A stretch of DNA of 60,039 nucleotides, the filler included, from Hausera hauseri (taxonomy: Eukaryota), in NCBI GenBank assembly GCA_046269625.1. It is 12 parts of 12 records of this genome, joined end to end, with 100 filler letters (N's around TTAATTAATTAA, not from the genome) between each part and the next. Parts side by side here need not be neighbours in the genome. Positions count along the whole stretch, not along the records: positions 50,760 to 55,225 come from JBJURY010566673.1; positions 55,326 to 60,039 come from JBJURY010464356.1; 10 more parts are not named here. One strand, written 5' to 3'. Numbering within the stretch: the stretch's first letter is position 1; each line of letters begins with the position of its first letter. The notes beneath the pieces are model-generated. The model was not told where the DNA came from. It saw only the letters and a list, made by a program, of their open reading frames with translations, and made no database searches. Position numbers and translations under genes: made by a program. This document shows, piece after piece, positions 50,760-60,039 of the stretch.

Positions 50760-53146
50760 TTCTCGGGGCTTTCTAGGTCTGCCGACTGGGCGTTTTGGTC
50801 TCGGAGCATTGGCTGGCATTCCACTTAGCGGTATTGGGTTCTTGTCGTATTGTTCCTTGTTTTCATCTGTCTGTAAGTATTCGAAGTACAGTGCTGCATC
50901 TCGTACTCCCATGATTTGTCCTACGCATTGTTCCGTTTTCGCCTTTCGCGTGGCTTTTTCTTTCGTCTGTTCATTAGCTATTGTTTCTACTATCCGATTT
51001 GTTTCGTTGGGAATAATTCCGACATTTATTAACTGTTCTGAATCATCGAGTATTCTTCCTCTAAAGTAAAATCTGTAATTTTGTTCGTTTGTTCTGCCAT
51101 TGTTTAGTAACCATTCTGTTACGTCCTTTACGTTGGAATGATTAGTTAACTCACATTCTTTTTCTTTCATCCACTTGGATGATATAATTATTTTTATCAT
51201 TACTTCGGGTTTAGTCTTCAAGATGTCTGCGTATTTTTTTATCAAAAGTTTTGGCACCGTACTGTAAATTGTATTTTCGCCAGATAATCTAGTCAAAGTC
51301 GGAATAAGTTGTCTAAGCTTATTTTCAGTTATATTTACATTAATTGATTCCATCAAGTCTTTCTCGGTTAACACTGAGTCTAGGAGCATCTCTACATTGA
51401 ATTTCCTATTCTGCGGATACATTTGTATTTCATCTAGATGTACTGGAGTTACCGGATTTTGGCCGCTATTTCGTCTAAATAAACATCCCATTTTGGTTCA
51501 TTTTCAATATCTCGAAGTCCATAGTCTACTATGGCTGTGTTCGTTTTTTGCACATTTTCGCGAATTTCTTTCAGTCTTGGTTGCATTTCATCTGCGTAGT
51601 TCGGAAACCAATTTTGTTCTCACACGCATACTGAATCTTTTTCAGTAATTCGCTTAATTCATTAGAATCGATGAATCCCTTTTGGTGATAATCAGTTAGT
51701 TCAATAATTACATCTCTGCCATCTTTGCACAAATTCTCGTTTATTTTTGATCTCTGACTCAATAAAAGCATATTTGTTCCGATAAGCTTCAAGCTCTTAC
51801 GTTAGTTCGTCCAACCTTGTTGCTCTTTGTTCTGTTTTAATACATGTTTCTTCTACTTTCTGTATCTTGGGCATCAATTGTCTCATCCTCTCATCACTAA
51901 TCTCCGCCATTTCTACCAATAAGTACATCTCATAGTTTTTGAGTCGGGGTCCATTGCATCCGACAATTTCTTCACAAACTTGTGTTCCTGAATGCTAAAG
52001 TGTGGTTCGTCTCTTATTTTTTTCAACTTGGTATGAAAATTCTGATCTGATCCGGTTATCCATTCTTGTGGTCTATGCAAGTATTTTATTGCATCTGTTA
52101 ACGTATCTCGATATCCGGGACAGGTGTCTAAGATTTCAATGTCTTGGGCAGAGATCTTGTCGATTGGTTTATTTGTTAAGTGTTGTATTCCTTCTAGTCG
52201 AACAACTTTTAACTTTGAGTTTACATCATAAATCATGTTTCGCTTTTTCGTGAAATTTGTCTCTTCGATCAATTTATAGATCTTCTTCAATATCGACATT
52301 TATTCTTTTTTCATAAATTTTAGTCCTCGTAATGCTTTGAATTGAGTACGAATGTCTATTTCTGTTCGTATTGTGCCTAGGTCATGTGTACTTTCTGCTA
52401 GCTGCTTCTTTATCATTGGCTCGCTTTGCGGAAATTCTTTTTTGCTGTCTTCTACTAATTTGCTTAGTCGGTTTACTAATTCGGACTATTCCGACAATTG
52501 GTTCGCGATTACTGGTTTTGCCATTATAGCTTTATCTAACATATTATATGCATCTTCTAACCAATCGTCCGGCCCTCTTAGGAAGTTCATAATTCGACCG
52601 ACATAACAAACTTGTCCTTATATGCGTCAAATTCTATAATACAAGCCTTCATTATATATTTAGTTTCTTCATTATTTATAAACATAATTCGATTTTTTAA
52701 ACTGTTGATCTGTGATCTTTTTTGTTTTCAATTTTGATGCGGCTCTCTAAGTCCGCACATCGTCTGTTTTCGACAAAGGCAATTTTTATTATCTCCATTA
52801 AAGGAGGAATATTTATCAGATCTACACCCAATATTTCTACATCGATACTACTTCGATTGCTAACCGGTTTTTCCCTAAGCCGATTAATCATTGTATAACG
52901 TATTCCGTCCATCTAACGTTCCAATTTACGGGCTGCTCTCTTCAACTTGGGATTAGCTTCTAAGGTAGAGAGCAGTGATTGCGCTTCAGCGACTTTTGTA
53001 CCTATACTATCTTTATCGTTACTCCAGTCTTCGGAAAATTCTACTCCGCTTTTAATCCACAATCCTAATTCGTGGTTCCATTTTATCAAAGTATCTCGTG
53101 GCACCTGCTCCGGTTGTTTATTTCAATTGTTCCTTCATCGAGTTTC
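50760..53146 (-). pseudogene. Degenerate accessory ORF with internal ubiquitin-like domain (about 50990-51200) and AT-hook-like KRPVGRPRK
   Basis: SNVKDVTEWL..NYRFYFRGRILDDSEQLINVGIIPNET resembles ubiquitin QRLIFAGKQLEDGRTL; homologous to 32975-33301. Confidence 0.65.
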
Positions 53147-55225
53147 CCTTCATTCCACAATTTTAAAGTCTTGTATATGTACTCTACAAATTGTTGTTTC
53201 TTACCAGATATGCTTGTTTGTTTACTGATCTGTTTCAGCCTCTCTAAATTTTGTCAGAGTATTTCTGGATTGTGACATTTAGTTCTCACTTTTTTAATTC
53301 ATCGGCATTTTCCATAAACGTCGAACTTCCCATTTTCTCGCATCAGAATCACTATTATCGTCCGTTTCTTCCTCTCTGGCGGGAAGCGGACAAACTTTGT
53401 TTATTTCGTTATTAACATTTATCATCTATGGCATTTCTAACACTTTCCGCATTTAAATCTACATTTTGAGATGTTGTTGGTTTCTCGAACTGCTTTATTT
53501 CTTGCGGAACAGACTTTTTGCGTGCCATATTCGTGTTGTTCGGTGCCAATGCCCATTCTTCTTCAATTTGTGGTTCTCTTAATCAATGATAAACTTTCAT
53601 TAGTCGTAATTTCTTTTCATATTCGTTTCTAGCTTTCATTATCTGAGGATTTGTAGTTTCGCCTAGATTCCTTACAGATCTGCGTAAATCTTGCATTTCA
53701 ATAATCAAGCTTATATCACTTCGTTTGCCATAGATGGCTTCTAAAGTATTCTTAATCATACTTGTTTTGTTCGGTTCAGTAAATGTAACACTTCTTGGAT
53801 TTGGGCATGACCTAGCGATGTGTCCTTCTTTTCCGCATGTAAAGCAAATTATATTTTCATTTCCACCAATCCTTTGTCTGCTATCCTTATTTACAGGTGA
53901 TTTTGATCTGTTTGTATTCTTATTCTGGTTCTGTAACATTTGTCTATTATCTGCATCATACCTATTATCATTATTTCGATTATCCGTGTATTTGACATTA
54001 GGTCGGTAACTACCTTGATTTCTATCTGAATTGTAACTCGATTTATTATGTGAGTTGTTTTGATTATTACTAAAATTTCTGTCATTTCTTTGACTCCTAT
54101 TGTGAGCATTGTGTTATCTTGGTTATCATTTCTATTCCGATTATTTCCGTCATTATTCCTTTTATACTTGTCACATTTCTGGGCATATCTATCTAATGCC
54201 ATTTCTAAGTCTTGAGCTAATTGTATTGTCCGTTCAAAATTATCGAGTCTAGCCAGAATTAACTGTTTAACTAAATCTCTTGACCATATACCATTTATTA
54301 ATTGAGTTGTCATCATGACGTCTAAATCTGGCGGTGTTGCCTTTTCTGAGGCCTCACGCTCTGCTTCTGTCTTAGCTTTTGCTACATTAGCTATTCTCAA
54401 AGTAGAAGTTTCTTTAATGCACATGCAAACTGGGTTACTGATTCACCCTTTTGTTGTACTCTATTCTAAAATGCCATGAGTTTCTGTTGCGGCACTACTG
54501 TTGACAATAAGTTGTGGTTTAATGCTCCTACCAGGGAGGATCAAGATTTTTTTTGTCGTTAGTAAGCTCACTATAGGCATCAGCAGCTAAATTTTTAAGA
54601 TATAGTGATAACCGTTTTATTGTTACTTCAGGAGTAAGACTAGCACCTTCCGCGTGCAACTTATAAGTTCTCAGAAAATCGTTTAATCCGTCCGGATCAC
54701 CATCGTATGCCGGAAAATTCAAAGAATCAAATGAAAAAATGTCGAGCTTTTGTGCTATGGCTGGATTATCCGCTGCCATCTCTATCTTATTCTTAGAAGG
54801 TTTATCCTTAAGTCGAGGAAGTTTAAACTTACCGTTTGGCTCTGTATTAATTCTTGTTTCAGAATTTGTTCTGTATATAACTCTGCGTGTCTCTTGTATA
54901 GGCGATTTATTTCTACCGTTTATTTGGTTATCAACGTCCGTAACCTTCATTCCACAATTTTAAAGTCTTGTATAGTTTCTCTGCAAATTGTTGTTTCTTA
55001 CCAGATATGCCTGTTTGTTTACTGATCTGTTTAAGCCTCTCTAAATTTTGTCAGAGTATTTCTGGATTGTGACATTTAGTTATCATTTTTTAATTCATCG
55101 GCATTTTCCATGAATGTCGAACTTCCCATTTTCTCGCATCAAAATCATTATTATCGTCCGTTTCTTCCTCTCTGGCGGGAAGCGGACAAACTTTGTTTAT
55201 TTCGTTATTAACATTTATCATCTAT
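53147..55225. repeat. ~282-bp direct repeat (53147-53429 and 54944-55225) flanking a gag copy
   Basis: Near-identical copies about 1796 bp apart; the last 77 nt of the contig match the internal copy exactly. Confidence 0.92.
53583..54800 (-). pseudogene. Retrotransposon gag with CCHC zinc knuckle, frameshifted
   Basis: FPAYDGDP..FL..Y, LSLYLKNLAADAY, RVQQKGESVT (major homology region), QLINGI, Asn/Arg-rich linker, CFTCGKEGHIARSC. Confidence 0.88.
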
Positions 55226-56199
55226 NNNNNNNNNNNNNNNNNNNNNNNNNNNNNNNNNNNNNNNNNNNNTTAATTAATTAANNNNNNNNNNNNNNNNNNN
55301 NNNNNNNNNNNNNNNNNNNNNNNNNAACTAGAAGATTCCATATCAATTTATATTTCTATATATAATTGACATTATTCAAACAAATTATCTCATATTTTCT
55401 AATTTTAACAAATGAGTTTCACAAATATTTTCGTTTTGTGATAATAAATTATGGTACTTATTCTGTACCCTTCTACATTGCCATACTTCTTCATTATTCC
55501 CATATAAAAATGCATGTTTATTTGGCAAAAATACACTAATATTACGTTGAAAAATTTTATTTATACTGACGAGCAAAGGTATATACAATATTGGTCGAGT
55601 AACAGAAAAATACGGAAAATAGGTGGAAATCTGTCACAAGTTTCTAAAGTTTCTTATGTGTATTGTTAAATTGGTAGGATATTAAAGAAGTACCTCGAAG
55701 TAGAGATGATAACACAGAAGTGCCTAAATGTGGTAGAGTTAAAATTGAAGCTTACAAATGAAAAATTGAAATCCATTCGAAAAATTTCTTGTTATTCCTA
55801 TCAAAACACGTCGAGTTTGGTTTTTACGGTCTTAAAGAAATGGAAGAAACTTCATTTACTAACGTTTGATGTTTTTGTTCTTCGTAAAACGTTGTGCTGT
55901 AGTGGCCTCTGTGACTATTTCAATGTTACACATCAAGTAGAACATTAATGATCACATCTAACGCAATCAATCGAACGAAATTGTAACTCTAACTTATTTC
56001 AGTCATTTCTATTACTCTTCGAATAAAAACTTACCCTTGAAACGCAACTCAAAGGTAAATAATATGCATTTAATTATAAACTACAGTAAAAGAATGAAAT
56101 ACGAAGAATTTTATTGACTGAACCAAAATTATGTGTTGCTGGTGCCATTTAATTTAGAGTAGCGCAGTTAATACAGGATGTCCGAAAATTAATGCCCGC

Positions 56200-59100
56200 G
56201 GCAAAATCAGAAATCTAAACTTCACCGTATGTCGTTGGGAAGTGATTTAACGGTGGTTTAATGAGCGGCAAAGTTTTGAATTTTTGACATGGGATACTAA
56301 TGGATACAATGGCCAGATTACTTTGGTGTGAAGAAGACGGTAAGTGTTTAACTACCAGGATAGAGAAGATTATGGATGTGATCAAAGGCTTGTTTGCCGA
56401 AATCCTCTGACAATATAGGTCGTAAAGTTCCCGACAATGTGGTATCGAAGATGGTACCTTCTATGGTTTCGATATTCTTGAAATGTGCGATATCGGATGG
56501 GACGATGGGTTTCGACGAGGAGTCTCCCGAAAGAATACCCGGAGAAAATCGATTGACAACACAGAACGTGACATAAAATCGGCTACAACGTTTTAAAATT
56601 GAATTGAGATAAACGAAATTTTCCTCTCTTGGCGTAGGGAAGGTGTGAATTTCTGTCATTTCGTTTTTGATTTCAGTTAATTCGGTAATATTCTTTTAGA
56701 CAGAATTTGACTGGAGATTGAATAAATTTATAATTAAATTCGGAATTAATAATTTGATCGAGATCCAGAAAATTAGAATTCATAAAAGTTTTATTTGATT
56801 CTCACATATGTATGCTGAATATTCAAACAACGAAAATCATGATAATTTACAAATATTTCCTGTCATTTTTAGGTGGGCCAATGAGGGCACCACAGAAGGG
56901 TTGCGCATTTGTTGCCTATATTCCAATGGTTTATAATCAGTTTGGACTGTGAAAGAATTTCCTGTCACCATGTGCTGAAAATGCTTGATGGCAAGAAAAA
57001 TTGAAAGTAGCTCTCTATCAAAAGTCAAGTAATGCGTTTCGGTTTTATAGAATTTGTAGCTCCAGAATTTTAATGGCTCATGTGTTTCGTTGTTCAGTTG
57101 ATGTAGGACTGCGCCTGCCAATATTATAGATGCGTCAGTTGACAAATACTATGGTGCACCCTTTTTTGGGTGAGCGAGAATTTTAAGATCCCGTAGCTGT
57201 GGCTTTAGCGTGTTAAAATCAGTCGTTAAGGAATCTGTCCACTGAACTTTACATCGTTTTAGACCAGAAACTAGGGCAGAAAGGTTCGCGGTGAAAAGTG
57301 AACAGTTAGAGATGTACTTGTGGCAAAAGTTTACCATTCCTAGGAAGTTGCGCAGTTCTGTCACGGTCGATGGACAAGCAATGTTGCGAATAGAATGTAA
57401 TCGCTCAGGCAGTGGCGTGTGTCTTTGCGCTGAAATGAAATGGCCCAAGAATGTGACGGAGTGAACACAGAAACGAAATTTACTCCAATTTACTTGGAGG
57501 ATGTGGTATTGGGGGAGCTTAAGAAGAGTGCGCATGTGTTCCGTGTGTTGGCCTTCGTCTCCGGAAGCGATCAATATATCGTTTACGTATGGGAATGCGA
57601 AAGGCAGATATGGTAGCACAGAGTCTATATGCCGCTGGAATGTTTGGGCAGCGTTGCAGAGTCCAAACGGCATGTAGAGATATTCAAAGAGGCCAAATGG
57701 CGTTGTTATTGAGGTCTTCTGAATATCTTCCGGAGCGACTGGAATTTGATGGTAAACTTTCTGCAGGTTCACAGTTGACAATATGTTGCTACCATCTATT
57801 CTACTGGTACCACGTGAAATGGTAAAGCCCAACGGGCGGTAGAACGTCGGATTGTGTCTTCTCGTTCGAGTTGTAAGAATTTAGCTTTGACTATGTTGCA
57901 ACGTTCTGTTTGGCGTTCGCGACGGTGTTGTGCTACTGAGCGTGTGAAATCGTGTGAATATTGTGGAATGTTGAAGTTGAAGGCTTAAATGTTTTGGACT
58001 TTTGCAGTGTATTCGTGCAATTTGTGAGGATAAAGGATTGTAAAGCAGAAGGAACGGTGAAAAGTTCAGTGGTACGACTGATATTGACACTTTTTGCCTT
58101 CTTCGTTCGTTTGTGCCACTATGGGTCTTTGCCATGAAACATGTTTCCTATTTCTATTGCCTTCAACTAATTTAAGGATTGTGTTAATAGGCGATTTTAA
58201 ATTAGTTGTCAGCCTATCATAAGTTTCGCGGCCAACAGCATTCTGCGTTCGCAATCAACGAGCAAGTCAAAGGCTTGAAGAAAGTTTGAATTGGTTACTG
58301 AACGTCGGCAACAATGAACTGTCACAAGAAAATGTTGTTTACAGAGTGAAGCTTAAATGATAATTTTCGCTCTCCATCAGTTTTGATGGGTGTGCAGTTG
58401 GCAGCGTTTAGGTTTTGACAAACGATATTATTGGTTGGCGCTCTGTAAGAAAGAAGAAGAGCAGAAATTGCCAAACGGGTGTTAAGAAGAAAGGAAATGT
58501 GTGCTTCAGACTGTCCGGTGTTGATGGTTGCTTGCGTAAAGAAAACGGCGTTTACGGCTGTTTCAGCTTGGTGTATAAATATGAACGGCAAAGATTTATG
58601 TAGGCTCATACCAGAGGTTGCCGAGCGCTTTGACAGCCTTATAAGTTTAAAGCTAATGATGGAGACTTGTTGTGATTGCAACCGGGAAATAATGTTTTGC
58701 ATTGTCGCCATATGCTGTATGGAAGACGTACATTTTGGAAAATATGGCTGCACCTTTGTTGCGAAAATTGCACTCTATATGAGACTTATTTGCTCTTTCA
58801 CTGAAGTGTTTATAATAGAAGCAAATCAGTCCTCGACTGCGAGACTTACATCTGCGACGGGATGTGGATTTGTTACGTGATAGGACAATTGGATTAAATG
58901 TGTTTAATCTTTGGAATGACTGGTGTACGCTGTTGTTTTGTATTGCTTGCACCATCATAAAAGAGTTTAACGTTTCAGTTAATTTATCTGTGTAGTCCAT
59001 GAGTTTAGCAGAGGCCTCTGGCTCCTTCACGGACATGGCCGCTACTGTGGGTGAGGTAGTTAATGTGCACATCGCTTGTTGTAGGGGCTATAGAGCTCCT

Positions 59101-59865
59101 AACGACTCCAAAGATTTTTCCGCCGTTACTATGAAATCGTCAAGACTTACTGCTGGTGAGACAAATGGGAAGAATATTTGTAGCTCGCGGGAGACAACTT
59201 TGTACAAACAGTCGTTTCAACAAGTTCTCGTTATCGCCAACGTTTATTTTATGCCGCAAAAAGTCGTCTTTTAGGAGACGTAAATACTCGGTGGGGGTTT
59301 TGGAACCTATCGGATTTGTGGTGAATTATTTTTAATTAGGTCCAGTATCAGCGTTTCTGACAACTTTATCATGACCTGACATAAAGCATCGTAAGGGTGA
59401 TCGAATGCGAGTAACGCCGGTATTTCAGAAATTTTTGATGGAATTTGATTGGCAGTTGCGAAAGGAGGCAGTAAGCCTGTGCTTTTGCCTGGGATTAGTA
59501 TCTACTAACCATTGTCAGTGAAGACCAAGACATTGGCTAGCAAATCCTTTTACCTTAAAGAAAGGTGGGCATAGGAACGTATTGGTGGTTGAAAGTGACT
59601 GCTTAATCTCTTCTTGAGCATCTTCCGTCGGTGAGCCGCCTCTCAACCTGATAGAAATTTCCAATCTTATTGACTCTCTAGGTTTGAAAGAATTTGAAAG
59701 CAAGGCTGAAGATTCGTAAATGAGTTGGAACGCATGTCTAATGGCGAGTCTTATATGTGAGGGGCAAGAAATAGCTTTTATCACTTTAATTAAATCGCTA
59801 TGAGTTGCGTTGTTATGAAGTTGAAGATTATAATTTTTATTATGACATGCAAAATAAAAATTCAA
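56200..59865 (-). mobile_element. Ty3/Gypsy retrotransposon, degenerate, with N-terminal Ubl leader
   Basis: gag RSRGLICFYYKHF..C; protease INTGQSE; [45 protein letters not shown]; TDAS, FDRELL, TDYKPL; start of IN Zn domain. Confidence 0.93.
59635..59865 (-). CDS. 77-aa ubiquitin-like leader fused to gag
   Basis: Frame start to ..IRLEISIRLRGG is 77 codons (ubiquitin is 76 aa ending LRLRGG); followed in frame by SPTEDAQEE..CPPFF (gag). Confidence 0.7.
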
Positions 59866-60039
59866 ATTAAGGGGTTAAAGGAGCAGGCTGAATTATTGAT
59901 CCGTTATTAGTTCCCAAAAAATTATAGAATTGCAAAAAATTTAGAATCGCAGACAATATCAAAGTACAATATGCTATAGAATCGCGAAAAACAAAATTGA
60001 CGTACCAGGATTATCCTGTTCCTGACACCATTTATTATG

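Noticed and set aside
53147-55225. Direct repeats as LTR pair
   Set aside because: Repeat reads as decayed coding sequence continuous with neighbours; no TG..CA ends, PBS or PPT seen.

Overview
This is not one locus. It is a concatenation of 12 short contigs joined by 100-nt artificial spacers (44 N + TTAATTAATTAA + 44 N). Contigs: 1-4521, 4622-8749, 8850-12789, 12890-16874, 16975-21132, 21233-25941, 26042-30334, 30435-35566, 35667-43216, 43317-50659, 50760-55225, 55326-60039. Eleven are AT-rich, eukaryotic (animal-like), mostly degraded mobile DNA: Maverick/Polinton pieces (three pPolB relics; integrase, A32 ATPase and penton, with an unexpected TBP-like gene next to the ATPase), several Ty3/Gypsy LTR retrotransposons, a gB/chuvirus-G-like env relic, a hAT transposase and a chimeric DEAD-box/CDC5L pseudogene. 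Contig 43317-50659 is different. It is GC-rich, prokaryotic, intact and circular (77-nt terminal repeat, 7266 bp unit). It encodes a pC194/Rep_1-type rolling-circle Rep, a PD-(D/E)XK nuclease, an orphan ParB with a C-terminal Zn ribbon and a putative virion module (two ~265-aa beta-rich, jelly-roll-like proteins), with no recognisable packaging ATPase or ParA. It is the best candidate for a new system: a small, probably ssDNA, tailless virus or virus-plasmid. The second striking pattern is recurrent ubiquitin-like domains in the retroelements: four Gag N-termini carry Ubl leaders ending in R/K-G-G, and two accessory ORFs carry internal Ubl domains. All assignments come from motif recognition by eye; no searches were run.
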